Source: Nitrospirota bacterium (GTDB lineage Bacteria; Nitrospirota; UBA9217). Taken from it: DNA of 64,000 nucleotides. The position numbers and the translations under genes are program-made. Under the pieces are notes generated by a model that was given only the letters and a program-made list of their open reading frames with translations, was not told the origin of the DNA and searched no databases. Positions 9,790 through 19,957 of this stretch are shown here, piece by piece (position 1 is the first letter of the stretch; the number at the start of each line of letters is the position of its first letter). Location of the stretch: NCBI GenBank assembly GCA_963840455.1, contig CAWIYV010000001.1, positions 308,158 through 372,157 of the forward strand, read 5' to 3'.

Positions 9790-10640
9790 TGCGGTACCTT
9801 GTTCTGTCCCTGATGATGATCGTAAGCCTCCCCTCGTTCGCGGCGGCAGGATACCAGGAGGATTTCGCCCGGGAGTTCCTGTCCAAGACCTGGATGGGCG
9901 AGCGGATCGAGGAGAACGCCTGCATCGACTGCCACTCCTCGGAACAGATGAAACCGTCCTTCAGGGACATCCCCGATGAATGGAAGAAGAGCTGGCATGC
10001 CCAGAACAACATATCCTGCAACGACTGCCACGGCGGGGACCCGAAGGACCCCTCGGTGTCCATGACGCACCAGCGGGGCTTCGTCGGCGCCCCTGCGCCG
10101 CGCCAGGTTCCCGAGTTCTGCGGAAAATGCCACATCGGCATCCTGAAGAACTACCTGGAGAGCGGCCACGGGAAAGCCCTCCGTTCCACCGGCAAAGGTC
10201 CGCATTGCGTGGTCTGCCACGGATCACACAATATCCAGCGGGCGAACATCGAGATCATCAACGAACAGCGGTGCACGAAATGCCATACCTACGAGCGGGC
10301 AAAGGTCATGAAGCAGGCATTGTTCCTCGTGGAGAAGAAGGCGGGGGAGATCGAGGACGGGATCAAGGCACTGCGGCGCGCCGGCATCTATCCGGCGGAG
10401 CAGGAGCGGGCGCTGTTCAACACCGAGGTGGAGTTCCGGACCCTCTTCCATACGGTCGACGTGTCCCTGGTCAACGAGCGTACCGATGAGTTCACCCGCA
10501 AGCTGGGCGCCATCGAGAAGGACATCCAGGACACGTTCATCGAACTGCGGTCCCACAGAAATTTCTCTGCGTTCCTCATGATGCTCTTCATCGGCATGGG
10601 CATCACGATCTACCTGCTTCACCAAACGAAGGACAAATAA
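9789..10640 (+). CDS. Pentaheme cytochrome c with C-terminal membrane anchor
   Basis: Start MRYLVLS overlapping the cytochrome b stop; 5 CxxCH; C-terminal TM. Confidence 0.88.
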   Translation: MRYLVLSLMMIVSLPSFAAAGYQEDFAREFLSKTWMGERIEENACIDCHSSEQMKPSFRDIPDEWKKSWHAQNNISCNDCHGGDPKDPSVSMTHQRGFVGAPAPRQVPEFCGKCHIGILKNYLESGHGKALRSTGKGPHCVVCHGSHNIQRANIEIINEQRCTKCHTYERAKVMKQALFLVEKKAGEIEDGIKALRRAGIYPAEQERALFNTEVEFRTLFHTVDVSLVNERTDEFTRKLGAIEKDIQDTFIELRSHRNFSAFLMMLFIGMGITIYLLHQTKDK

Positions 10641-10698
10641 TCCTGAGCCGGGCAGAGGGACGCTGTGGTCCGTCCGGGAGCAAGTCGCATAAAACAAC

Positions 10699-10729
10699 AA
10701 AAGGAGCAGCGGCCATCGCTGCTCCTTTT
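10699..10729. terminator. Bidirectional terminator between convergent respiratory operons
   Basis: AAAAGGAGCAGCGGCCATCGCTGCTCCTTTT. Confidence 0.8.
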
Positions 10730-10814
10730 ATAATTTACGCGCCTGCCCCGCAGACATCCCTGCAGGCCGTCCCTGCAGCACCACCCGTGTCCACCCGAGA
10801 GAAGATGTCCCTCG

Positions 10815-12032
10815 CTACTGCCCCTTCGTCTCGAACCGCAGTTTCCCGGTATAGATGGGGATCGCGAACTTGAGCAGGACCGTGTAGAGAAGCGCTCCTG
10901 CAGCCCAGATGCCCATGGCGGTGATGATCTCGGGGGTCGTGGGCGTATACTCGTAGATCTCACCGAGCGTGTCGGGAATGAAGCCCGGGACGATGAGCCC
11001 CATGCCTTTTTCGATGTACACCCCGATGATGACAAAAATGCAGCCCATGTTGAGCGTGGTGAAGTTCTCCCGCGTCCGCGGGAAGAGGAACAGGAAGAAC
11101 GCCGAGATGTTGAGCGCGCTTGCGAACCACATCCAGGGCACAAGCGCGCTCTTGCCGTGCAGGCCGAAATAGAGATACTGCATGGGATAGGAGTGGATGC
11201 TGCCGGAATAGAACTCTTTGAACGCCTCGGCGCCGAGGAGAAAGAGGTTCACGCCCATGGCATAGGCGATGAGCTCGGCGATCTTGAAGATCGCTCGGTT
11301 GTCGATCTCCACCTCTGATTTTTTCCGGATGATCTGGAACAGCACGATCATGATGGCAGGACCGGAGCAGAACGCCGAGGCGAGGAAGCGCGGCGCGAGA
11401 ATCGAGGCGTTCCAGAAGGGCCTGGCCGACAGGCCATTATACAGGAATGCCGTTACCGTGTGGATGCTCACAGCCCAGGGAATGGACAGGATGATGAGCG
11501 GCCCGATGACCGACATGCTGTATTCCTTCCCGATGGAAAGGCGGTAGAGCACGTAGAACGCGATGACCGCGTTGATCGCCAGATACCCGTTCAGGACCAC
11601 GACGTCCCAGGCAAGCAGTGACGAGGGAAAGTTCATCGTCCCCAGGACCGGCAAAATATGCCAGACCCGCAGCGGCTGGCCCATGTCCACCATGATGAAG
11701 AGGATGCACATGGTGATCGCCGTGATAGCCAGGAGCTCTCCGAAGAGCACGATCTCCTTGATGGGCTTGAAGTTATAGAGATAGGCGGGGACCACGAGCA
11801 GCACGGCCGCTGCCGCGACGCCAACGAGAAACGTGAAATTCGATATATAGAACCCCCAGGAGACCTGGTCCCGCATCGCCGTCGTGATCAGGCCCCGCTG
11901 AAGCTGGTCGCTATAGGTACTGAGGCCGAGCAGGATGAAGGCGGACAGGAAGGCGATCCAGAGATAGTAGGCGGTATTCCCGATGAACACCTGACGGGCC
12001 GCGGTAAAGAAGTTCCTCACAAGATGGTTCAT
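10815..12032 (-). CDS. NrfD/DsrP-like quinone-interacting membrane subunit
   Basis: WGFYISNFTFLVGVAA, DMGQP, SIHTVTAF; about 10 TM segments. Confidence 0.88.
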   Translation of the reverse strand: MNHLVRNFFTAARQVFIGNTAYYLWIAFLSAFILLGLSTYSDQLQRGLITTAMRDQVSWGFYISNFTFLVGVAAAAVLLVVPAYLYNFKPIKEIVLFGELLAITAITMCILFIMVDMGQPLRVWHILPVLGTMNFPSSLLAWDVVVLNGYLAINAVIAFYVLYRLSIGKEYSMSVIGPLIILSIPWAVSIHTVTAFLYNGLSARPFWNASILAPRFLASAFCSGPAIMIVLFQIIRKKSEVEIDNRAIFKIAELIAYAMGVNLFLLGAEAFKEFYSGSIHSYPMQYLYFGLHGKSALVPWMWFASALNISAFFLFLFPRTRENFTTLNMGCIFVIIGVYIEKGMGLIVPGFIPDTLGEIYEYTPTTPEIITAMGIWAAGALLYTVLLKFAIPIYTGKLRFETKGQ

Positions 12033-12081
12033 AGCCGTTCCCCCCGTTACGACCTTCGAGAGCGTCGTCCTCTGACAGCGC

Positions 12082-13002
12082 TCATACTCCGTAGGCGAAG
12101 AAGTAATAGAACTTGGGATAAGTGTTCAGGTCCTCTTTCAGCCGGAAGACCCGCTTGTGCTCGATGGCATAGCGGATCTCGCTGTCCGGGTCGAGGAGGT
12201 TTCCGAACTTCCTCGCGCCCACCGGGCAGGCCTCGACGCAGGCGGGATATCTGCCGTTCCGGGTCCGCTGGATGCAGAAGGTGCACTTCTCCACAACGCC
12301 CTTGTACCGCGGCCGATTGCCGAGATAATGGGTATTCGGGTTCATCTCTTCCGGCTTCCGGTTCGGTTCCGCCCAGTTGAACCTTCTTGCCCCATAGGGA
12401 CAAGCGGCCATGCAGTACCGGCAGCCGATGCACCAATTGTAGTCTATCACCACAATGCCGTCGGGGTCCTTCCACGTTGCCTGGGTCGGGCAGACCCTCA
12501 CGCAGGGGGGGTTCTCGCACTGCTGGCACTGGACGGGCATGTAGAAATATTCCGGCTCCGGAACCAGGGGCGGATTATAGTATTTTTCCGATTCCTCGAG
12601 GTCCACCCATTTCTCGCCCTTCTTGAACCGCAGGACCGTGATCCAGTGGATCTGGGGGTCCTTGGACTGGTTGTTCTCATCCACGCAAGCGTACTCGCAC
12701 CGCCGGCAACCGATGCAGCGGGAGAGATCGAGGCCATACCCGAACTGCACTCCCGGCAGGGCCTTTTCGTTCCCGACGGTGATCTGCTTCTTGTACTTCT
12801 GCTCATATTCTTTTTCCAGGCGTTGGAGAACCTGCTTGATCTCGTCTTCGTTCATCTCGCGGAAATGCTTCTGGAAGAACGAATCCCAGAGCGAGGCATC
12901 GGCGTCAGCGCCGGGGAGCGCCGCTGCGGCAAGGCCGAGGGCGGCGCCTTTCAGGAAGGTCCTGCGATGGACGCCGCGTTCATGTTTGTTCTCTGAGCTC
13001 AT
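12082..13002 (-). CDS. NrfC/DsrO-like 4Fe-4S protein, Tat-exported
   Basis: HRRTFLK; CIGCRRC, CQQCENPPC, CIGCRYC, KCTFC. Confidence 0.9.
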   Translation of the reverse strand: MSSENKHERGVHRRTFLKGAALGLAAAALPGADADASLWDSFFQKHFREMNEDEIKQVLQRLEKEYEQKYKKQITVGNEKALPGVQFGYGLDLSRCIGCRRCEYACVDENNQSKDPQIHWITVLRFKKGEKWVDLEESEKYYNPPLVPEPEYFYMPVQCQQCENPPCVRVCPTQATWKDPDGIVVIDYNWCIGCRYCMAACPYGARRFNWAEPNRKPEEMNPNTHYLGNRPRYKGVVEKCTFCIQRTRNGRYPACVEACPVGARKFGNLLDPDSEIRYAIEHKRVFRLKEDLNTYPKFYYFFAYGV

Positions 13003-13026
13003 GGGTCACCTCACTGTCAGCGCAGG

Positions 13027-13551
13027 TTATTTGATGTCCGAAGGCTTTACCGGCGGCGGAAGCGGTTTGAGCGGTTTGAACCGGGGGTCGTGGGGCCAGT
13101 GGCAGTGAACGCAGAGCCGGTACTGCTTCTCGCCGTTCCACATCCCCGTCCGTTTCCCGTGCAGCCCCGCCTTCCATTCCCGCAGGATGGTGCCGTGGCA
13201 CTGGCCGCAGAGGTTGTATGATTCCTCGAAGCGCACGATCTTTCCATTGGCAAGACGCAGGGTGTCCCGGTTGTTCGGATTGTGGCAATCAAAGCACCAG
13301 CCCCCGGGCATGTGTTTGAGCACAATATTCTGATGCATGTCAGCGAGCTTTCGCGGGGTCCGGTTCACCGGCATCCCCGCATGGCACTGCGAGCAGGGGA
13401 AAATGCCTTCCGAGAAGGGCGGAGGCGGCACGAGGAACTTCTTTGGGACGTCCTGCTCCGCTCCCGGTGCGGACACGACCGTTCCCAGAAGCATGAGCGC
13501 GCCCAAGAGCGTCGCGCCTGCCAGGGCAAGGACCTTCTTTGCAGTATGCAT
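13027..13551 (-). CDS. Tetraheme cytochrome c
   Basis: Signal peptide; CSQCH, CFDCH, CGQCH, CVHCH; start at 13551 (ATG) or 13563 (GTG). Confidence 0.88.
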   Translation of the reverse strand: MHTAKKVLALAGATLLGALMLLGTVVSAPGAEQDVPKKFLVPPPPFSEGIFPCSQCHAGMPVNRTPRKLADMHQNIVLKHMPGGWCFDCHNPNNRDTLRLANGKIVRFEESYNLCGQCHGTILREWKAGLHGKRTGMWNGEKQYRLCVHCHWPHDPRFKPLKPLPPPVKPSDIK

Positions 13552-13616
13552 GTCGGCGTCCACCTCCCGAATCCGGGTCCCTCCTGCGAGGAGGTCCGGC
13601 CGCTACCCGGCCGGTG

Positions 13617-14864
13617 TCAATGGGCTTCCTTGGACGGGAAGACCGGGAAGACCTTGGCGATGAAATAGAACAGTACAAAAGGCAGGATAAAGATGCTGAG
13701 CGCGCCGCCCAGCCCTTCCTTGAACGTCTCCCAGTCATGGGGAATGATCGGCAGATGGTAATGCATGAAGCCCGCAAAAGTGAGCGAGAACGCCTGGCCG
13801 CCGATCACCACGTTCCACCGCATCATGAACACGCCGAACAGCACGAGCAGGACGCCGAGGACGGCCCTCCGGACCGTCAGGCCGGGCGACAGGAACAGGA
13901 TGAGCGGGATAAGGTTTCCGATCCCGTACTGCATGACGAAGATGTCATAGAAGTCCCGTTCATAGATGATCGTGCGGAGCACATCCCAGGACTTGACCGC
14001 CGTGTACCCCCGGAAGATGAGGTCCAGAAGCTCGAGGCTGATGGCGAAGATAAGGAAGAAGACAAGGTACTTCGCCGTCATCTTGACGACATGGAGTTCG
14101 ACCCCCTTCACCTCCTCCAGCGATGTCTCCCATCGTTTACGCGCCCGTTTGATCGCGAACTTCCGGTACTCCATCACAACGATGTAGGTGAGCATGCACA
14201 GGGCGATGCCCGACACGATCGCCGACATGATGAAGATGACCGGCATGAGAGGCGTCATCCAGAGGGCATTTGCTTTCACCGAGCCGAAGATGAATCCGGC
14301 GTAGCCGTGCAGGAAGCAGGCCACGGGGATGCCGAAGCCGGCCAGCACCTTTATCGCCTTCTCGTCGCGGTGGAGCGCCTGCTCGCTGATATCATAGGCG
14401 CCCAGGGTAAGCGCCGTGTACAGGAGATACTCCATCCACTGAAGCATGGTTTTGTCCTGCATATCCCGCAGGGCGACCGCTTTGATGACGAAGTGCTTGC
14501 GGTAAAGGAACCAGAGCTCCGAGGCCACGATGGCGCCGTAGGTGAAGAACACGATGCCGAAAGCGGCGATGGCAGAGGTGAAATGCGAGGTCATCATCAC
14601 GTTGATCCCCCGGAAGGGGAACTGGAGGTGCAGCATGATCGGCATGGGAGCGACGAACAGGAGGGCGAAGGAGAACACCAGGGCGAACCGCGCAATGTCC
14701 TTGAGCTCCTTGATGCCGAAGACATGGTACAGCGACGACAGCACGAAGGCGCCGGCAACGAGCCCGGTCATGAACGGATACATCACGATCTGGACGCTCC
14801 AGTAAATGTACTCGTTCGGCGTGACGAACAGTTCCTTCAGGGTCCATACTTCTCCGTGTACCAT
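13617..14864 (-). CDS. NrfD/PsrC-family membrane subunit
   Basis: YPFMTGLVAG, LHGYAGFIF, MRWNVVIGGQ; multi-TM. Confidence 0.88.
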   Translation of the reverse strand: MVHGEVWTLKELFVTPNEYIYWSVQIVMYPFMTGLVAGAFVLSSLYHVFGIKELKDIARFALVFSFALLFVAPMPIMLHLQFPFRGINVMMTSHFTSAIAAFGIVFFTYGAIVASELWFLYRKHFVIKAVALRDMQDKTMLQWMEYLLYTALTLGAYDISEQALHRDEKAIKVLAGFGIPVACFLHGYAGFIFGSVKANALWMTPLMPVIFIMSAIVSGIALCMLTYIVVMEYRKFAIKRARKRWETSLEEVKGVELHVVKMTAKYLVFFLIFAISLELLDLIFRGYTAVKSWDVLRTIIYERDFYDIFVMQYGIGNLIPLILFLSPGLTVRRAVLGVLLVLFGVFMMRWNVVIGGQAFSLTFAGFMHYHLPIIPHDWETFKEGLGGALSIFILPFVLFYFIAKVFPVFPSKEAH

Positions 14865-14866
14865 GG

Positions 14867-15652
14867 CTAACGCACCTCCTCATCCAGGCCGATATAGAAG
14901 GCCTGGGGTTTCGTACCGAATTCGCTCTTCAGCACCCCCACCCTTTCCGTCCTGATGATCTTGGTCACCGGGTCGTTGGGGTCCTTGATGTTGCCGATCT
15001 TGCGCGCACCGAAGGGACAGGCATCGACGCAGGCCGTTTTCATCCCCTTCGTGATTCGGTGGTAGCAGAAGTTGCATTTCTCCGCCGTGTGATACACCGG
15101 GTGGAAGAACCGGACACCGTAGGGGCAGGCCATGATGCAGTAGCCGCAGCCGATGCACCAGGTCCGGTCCACGAGCACAACGCCGTCAGGTGCCTGGTAG
15201 GTGGCGCCCACGGGACAGACCTGGACGCACGGCGGGTTCTCGCACTGGTTGCAGAGCTTGGGCACGAAATAGGCCTTTTCGATATTATCCTTCTTGATGT
15301 CCTGGTATTTGCCGAGCCCCAGGTCGATCTTCGTCGTGGTAAAACCGTCCCGGGCCCCCTTGGGGGTGTCCGCGAAGAGCCTGCCGTCCTTCGTCAGGAC
15401 GTACCGCTCCACCCAGGTCCGCGTGACGTTCGCGTCATAGGGGATCTCGTTTTCGTTCTTGCAGGCCTTGACGCAGAATCCGCATCCCACACATTTGTAG
15501 GTATCAACGAGGAATGCCCAGCGTACCTTCGTCTTTTCCGCAGCCACCTGGGCAAAGAGCTTTTCGGGATCGATGATCTCGAACGCCGCAAGCGGCACGG
15601 CCACCCCGGCGATCGTAACCGTTTTCTTCAGGAAGTCCCTTCGAGTAATCAT
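14867..15652 (-). CDS. NrfC-like 4Fe-4S protein, Tat-exported
   Basis: TRRDFLK; CVGCGFC, CNQCENPPC, CIGCGYC, KCNFC. Confidence 0.9.
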   Translation of the reverse strand: MITRRDFLKKTVTIAGVAVPLAAFEIIDPEKLFAQVAAEKTKVRWAFLVDTYKCVGCGFCVKACKNENEIPYDANVTRTWVERYVLTKDGRLFADTPKGARDGFTTTKIDLGLGKYQDIKKDNIEKAYFVPKLCNQCENPPCVQVCPVGATYQAPDGVVLVDRTWCIGCGYCIMACPYGVRFFHPVYHTAEKCNFCYHRITKGMKTACVDACPFGARKIGNIKDPNDPVTKIIRTERVGVLKSEFGTKPQAFYIGLDEEVR

Positions 15653-16143
15653 CTCATTCCCTCCAGGTTCGGATGGTGGGGATTATGGCACATGGCGCAT
15701 TCGATGTCGGGATTATGCTTGTCCGGGTCGATGCCCTTGATCTTTGAACGTCCGCTCGAGGGATAGGGCAGCGGATAATGGCAGCGGAGGCATTGCTGCC
15801 TGCTCCGGTCGATCGTCAGCTTGGGCCGTTTGTCCGAATCGTAGTGGACGATCCCTTCCGGGGTGCCGGCAGGTCCGTGACAGTTCTCGCACTGGATGTT
15901 CTGATGCGGGGATTTTTTGATGCTGGCATAGTTCTTGTCGTGGCAGTCCTTGCAGTACTCCATCCCCTGGTATTTTACCTGGACCTTTTTCCAGTCCTCG
16001 ATATTCGACTGCCGGTACCAGCCGTACATGTACCCCCGTTCATGGACGCCGAAGTCCTTCGGTACATAGAAGGTTCTGGCCGCCAGCACGAGAACGATGA
16101 TCCCGATGACGACGAACAGCGGCCTGAACACATGATTCTTCAT
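15649..16143 (-). CDS. Membrane-anchored tetraheme cytochrome c
   Basis: N-terminal TM; CKDCH, CENCH, CLRCH, CAMCH. Confidence 0.88.
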   Translation of the reverse strand: MKNHVFRPLFVVIGIIVLVLAARTFYVPKDFGVHERGYMYGWYRQSNIEDWKKVQVKYQGMEYCKDCHDKNYASIKKSPHQNIQCENCHGPAGTPEGIVHYDSDKRPKLTIDRSRQQCLRCHYPLPYPSSGRSKIKGIDPDKHNPDIECAMCHNPHHPNLEGMR

Positions 16144-16209
16144 ATACGACCTCCCCTTTCTAAAATCCTGCGCTTCGTATTGCCTGATCGATCAAGGCCA
16201 GGCCACCAC

Positions 16210-16668
16210 CTACCGTTCTCTGCCCGGTCGTTCCTGTTGTTCTTTCAAACTTGCCACCAGCCCATACCCCTGCCACAGGATGGCGCCGAAGCTGAGGGTC
16301 AATCCGATCACCAGGCCGACAAGGTGGACCCACTGGTTCTTGATGACCACGAACAGCACGATGAAGATCGCCGAAAGCTTCAGGACATTGATCGCCGCCG
16401 CGGCGACGTTCGCCAGGATGCTCGATGTCCCCTTCCGGAGATAGACCCGTTCAACGGCATAGGCAAGCCACCGGAAATTGAGGAGTCCGAGCACCGCACC
16501 GAAGACCACGCCGAGGGGCACGGGCCATAGCGGGTAACCGGGCCAGGCGGTCATCTGGACCGCGACAACAGCAGCGATGCCGATGCCTGTGAGGAGTGCG
16601 GTCTTCCGGGCGACGCCAACGGTAACGGAATTTGCCGAGTGTTCGCGGAGATCGTCCTTATCGGTCAT
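16210..16668 (-). CDS. atpI: ATP synthase subunit I-like membrane protein
   Basis: Four TM segments, G..LGLLNF.WL pattern; overlaps the atpZ-like gene. Confidence 0.7.
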   Translation of the reverse strand: MTDKDDLREHSANSVTVGVARKTALLTGIGIAAVVAVQMTAWPGYPLWPVPLGVVFGAVLGLLNFRWLAYAVERVYLRKGTSSILANVAAAAINVLKLSAIFIVLFVVIKNQWVHLVGLVIGLTLSFGAILWQGYGLVASLKEQQERPGRER

Positions 16669-16909
16669 GGTCCCTCGTGTCGTCCTTCCCGTCCAGGTCC
16701 ATGAGTTTCCGGGTCTGGTCGTAGAGGTTCTTGAAGCCCGCCGCGATGCCCAGCAGAAGGAATACCAGCGTGAGCCAGGGCGTCGTGTTGAACCGGCCGT
16801 CCAGGTAATGGCCGATGAAATACCCGATGACCGTGGAAACCACGAGAGTGATGCCCACGGTGCTCAAAGCGCCGAGCATGCGCAAGAATTTTCGGTCCTT
16901 CTCTTCCAT
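16658..16909 (-). CDS. atpZ: AtpZ/AtpI-family two-TM protein
   Basis: GYFIGHYLDGRFNTTPWLTLVFLLLGIAAGF signature. Confidence 0.85.
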   Translation of the reverse strand: MEEKDRKFLRMLGALSTVGITLVVSTVIGYFIGHYLDGRFNTTPWLTLVFLLLGIAAGFKNLYDQTRKLMDLDGKDDTRDHDR

Positions 16910-17026
16910 GGTAAGATCTTGAGGTTAGGAAGACAGGAGGGCAAGAGAATAGGACGTTGGGCGCTCATACCTCACCGTTTCTCTTCCTCCTCCCTTCTTG
17001 ACTTCCTACCTTCGTACCTTCAAGCC

Positions 17027-18310
17027 CTATAGCGCCCGCAGGCTCTTCCGCGCCGCTTCGACGGTCTTGTTGATGTCCGACTTCGAATGCGCCAGGGATA
17101 GGAATGCGGCCTCGAACTGCGACGGCGCCAGGTTCACGCCGTTCGCGAGCATGCTGCGGAAGAACTTTCCGAACCGCGCCGTGTCCGACGTCTTGGCGCT
17201 CGCAAAGTCCGTCACCTTCCTGTCTGTGAAGAAGGTGGTGAACATGGAGCCGACGCGGTTGATGGTCGTGGCGATGCCGGCCTCGTTGGCAGCCACCCGG
17301 AGCCCTTTCTCGAGGTCAGCGGATGTCCGTTCGAGCGTCTTGTACACGCCCGGTCTTGCGAGGAGCTTCAGGGTCTCGATGCCCGCGGTCATGGCAAGGG
17401 GGTTGCCCGACAGCGTGCCCGCCTGATAGATGGGCCCCAGCGGCGAGATCTTCTCCATGATCTCCCGCTTGCCGCCGTAGGCCCCGACCGGCAGGCCGCC
17501 GCCGATCACCTTCCCCAGCGTGGTGAGGTCAGGCCTGATCTTGTAGAGCTGCTGGGCGCCGCCATAGGCTACGCGGAACCCCGTCATCACTTCGTCGAAG
17601 ATGAGCACGATCCCGTACTGGTCGCAGACCTGGCGGAGCCCTTCATGGAAACCCGGCAGGGGCGGGACGCATCCCATGTTGCCGACAACGGGCTCCACGA
17701 TGATGCAGGCGATCCGCTCGCCCTCCCTGCTGCAGATGTCCCGCACCGCTGCGAGGTCGTTGAACGCCACGGTCAGCGTGTGTTTCGCGAGGTCCGCGGG
17801 AACGCCGGGGCTGTCCGGCAGGCCGAAGGTCGCGACGCCGCTTCCCGCCTTTACCAGCAGGCTGTCGCCGTGACCGTGGTAGCATCCATCGAACTTGAGG
17901 ATCTTGTCCCGGCCCGTGAACCCCCGGGCTGCCCGGATCGCGCTCATCGTCGCTTCGGTCCCCGAACTCACCATCCGCACAAGCTCGATGGACGGGACCG
18001 CCTTCTTCACCATCTTCGCCAGCGTGATCTCAAGCTCCGTCGGGGCACCGAAGCTCGTGCCGTTCGTGATGGCCTTCTTCAGCGCGGCCGTCACTTTCGG
18101 ATGGGCGTGGCCCAGGATCGCCGGGCCCCAGGAAAGGACATAATCGATGTAGGCCCTGCCGTCGGCGTCGTAGACCTTCGATCCCTTTGCCCGTTTGATG
18201 AAGATCGGGTCGCCGCCGACCGACCGGAACGCCCGCACAGGGCTGTTCACGCCTCCGGGGATGTGCTTCTTCGCTTCTTCGAACAGTTTCTTTGACCGTG
18301 TTCCAGACAT
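17027..18310 (-). CDS. hemL: Glutamate-1-semialdehyde 2,1-aminomutase
   Basis: [36 protein letters not shown]; likely start MSGTRS at 18310. Confidence 0.96.
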   Translation of the reverse strand: MSGTRSKKLFEEAKKHIPGGVNSPVRAFRSVGGDPIFIKRAKGSKVYDADGRAYIDYVLSWGPAILGHAHPKVTAALKKAITNGTSFGAPTELEITLAKMVKKAVPSIELVRMVSSGTEATMSAIRAARGFTGRDKILKFDGCYHGHGDSLLVKAGSGVATFGLPDSPGVPADLAKHTLTVAFNDLAAVRDICSREGERIACIIVEPVVGNMGCVPPLPGFHEGLRQVCDQYGIVLIFDEVMTGFRVAYGGAQQLYKIRPDLTTLGKVIGGGLPVGAYGGKREIMEKISPLGPIYQAGTLSGNPLAMTAGIETLKLLARPGVYKTLERTSADLEKGLRVAANEAGIATTINRVGSMFTTFFTDRKVTDFASAKTSDTARFGKFFRSMLANGVNLAPSQFEAAFLSLAHSKSDINKTVEAARKSLRAL

Positions 18311-18448
18311 AGTGTTCCTTTCTTCCAATGCAATGATGAATAACAAAGACGATATGATTATATCGTATGATTTATAAAATAACCAGCCATAAGAGTCAAC
18401 GAAAAAGGAAACTTTGCGGGGTAATCAGAGGTGGACAAAATATGACAA

Positions 18449-18931
18449 TTACAATTTGGCAATAAACTCTGCAACAGCGACCGCGTCATTCCAGTCGAAG
18501 CGCGGGACCGCGACAGAGAGCGGCGCGCTGCTCACCAGCGCGATGATGGAGCGGTCGTTCACGCACAGCGGTTGGTTCCCCGAAACGCCGCTGCGGAAGA
18601 CCTCGATCTTGTTCAGCGTGTCTTTTTTGAACCCCTCGCGGATCACGATGTCGGCATTCCCTGCGAGCGCTTCGAGGTCCTTCATCGAAGGTCCTTCCTC
18701 GATCGTTCTCATGAGCGCCAGACGGTCCGGGCCCACCAGCACTACGGCGTCCGCCCCTGCTTCACGGAACCGCCACGAGTCCTTGCCGGGCCGGTCGAGT
18801 TCGAACCCCTTGGATGCGTGCTTGATCACCGCCACGCGCAGTCCCCGTTCTTTCAGGATGCGCACGACCTTCTCGATGATGGTTGTCTTGCCGCTGTTGG
18901 ATGACGCGGCGACGAAGGAGACGATCTTCAT
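18449..18931 (-). CDS. mobB: Molybdopterin-guanine dinucleotide biosynthesis protein B
   Basis: SNSGKTT P-loop, IKH, DRPGKDSWRF, EGFK. Confidence 0.9.
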   Translation of the reverse strand: MKIVSFVAASSNSGKTTIIEKVVRILKERGLRVAVIKHASKGFELDRPGKDSWRFREAGADAVVLVGPDRLALMRTIEEGPSMKDLEALAGNADIVIREGFKKDTLNKIEVFRSGVSGNQPLCVNDRSIIALVSSAPLSVAVPRFDWNDAVAVAEFIAKL

Positions 18932-18955
18932 GCATTCGTCCTCTCTGCCATGGAT

Positions 18956-19070
18956 TGAAGCTCCCCGCAGCAAGCTGCAGGGAATCTTCGATCCTCAGGG
19001 TAGTTTTGTTATCCTAATCGCTCGCTAACCCCGCAGCAAGCTACGGGGAATGCGCTCGCTCCTGGATTCA
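18956..19070 (+). repeat. ~115-bp double-hairpin MITE/REPIN-like element, copy 1
   Basis: TGAAGCTCCCCGCAGCAAGCTGCAGGGAA...CCCCGCAGCAAGCTACGGGGAA...GGATTCA; matches 22025-22139 and 44631-44746. Confidence 0.85.
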
Positions 19071-19147
19071 CACGCATAGACAGGTCGAGAAACGGGCGGG
19101 CACCTTTTTCGGCTGAAGAGCGTCCTTCATTCCGCACTCCGCACGTG

Positions 19148-19957
19148 CTAGATCTCCGTCAGCGACGTATCAGGGTCCTGCTTCTTCCTGCCGAGGACGC
19201 GAACACCGAGGATGCCGAGCTCATACAGGAGATAGATGGGGATGGACATGATGGTCATATTGAAGGCATCGGGCGTGGGGGTGACGATGCCGCCGATGAT
19301 GAAGGAGCCCAGGAAGGCGTATTTGCGGAACGACCTGAGCGAATCCACGTTGATGATGCCCATCCGGCCGAGCACGACCATGATCAGGGGAAGCTCGAAC
19401 ACCGCGCCCGACGCGAGCATAAACATGAGGGTGAAATTGATGTAGTCCCCGATCTTGATGATGGCCTTCAGGTGCTCGGTCTTATAGGTAACGAGGAACG
19501 GGATGGCGAAGGGAAGCAGGAAGAAAAAGCAGAACAGCACGCCGATTCCGAAAAAGATCGTGGCAAAGATGACGAACTGGCTGGCGTACTTTCGTTCGTG
19601 GCGCAGAAGACCGGGCGCAATGAACTTCCAGACCTGATAGAGGATGACCGGAAGCATCAGCATCATTCCGGCGACGAATCCGATCTTGAGGTGGGCCATG
19701 AAAGGCTCGGTGAGCGTGGTAAAATGCAGTTCCTGGACGATCTTGTTCGGCGTAAACGCAATAAAGGGAAATGTCCCCCGAAAGTCTGCCGTGGCGTTCA
19801 AAGGCAGCAGCAGAACACCGAGAATATCCTCGGAATAATTGAAACAGGCGATGAAACCCACTCCGATGGCGATGGAAATGTAGACGATCCGCTTCCGGAG
19901 CTCATCGAGATGGGACCAGAAGGACATCTTGCTTTCTTCAGGATTTGCCGTAGGCAT
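19148..19957 (-). CDS. tatC: Twin-arginine translocase TatC
   Basis: [30 protein letters not shown]. Confidence 0.95.
   Translation of the reverse strand: MPTANPEESKMSFWSHLDELRKRIVYISIAIGVGFIACFNYSEDILGVLLLPLNATADFRGTFPFIAFTPNKIVQELHFTTLTEPFMAHLKIGFVAGMMLMLPVILYQVWKFIAPGLLRHERKYASQFVIFATIFFGIGVLFCFFFLLPFAIPFLVTYKTEHLKAIIKIGDYINFTLMFMLASGAVFELPLIMVVLGRMGIINVDSLRSFRKYAFLGSFIIGGIVTPTPDAFNMTIMSIPIYLLYELGILGVRVLGRKKQDPDTSLTEI

Noticed and set aside
10815-13002. DsrO/DsrP similarity as evidence for sulfate reduction
   Set aside because: No dsrM, dsrK or dsrAB in the window; NrfC/NrfD homologs are shared by many complexes.
18932-19070. Moco riboswitch upstream of mobB
   Set aside because: The hairpins belong to the dispersed 115-bp repeat also found next to unrelated genes.
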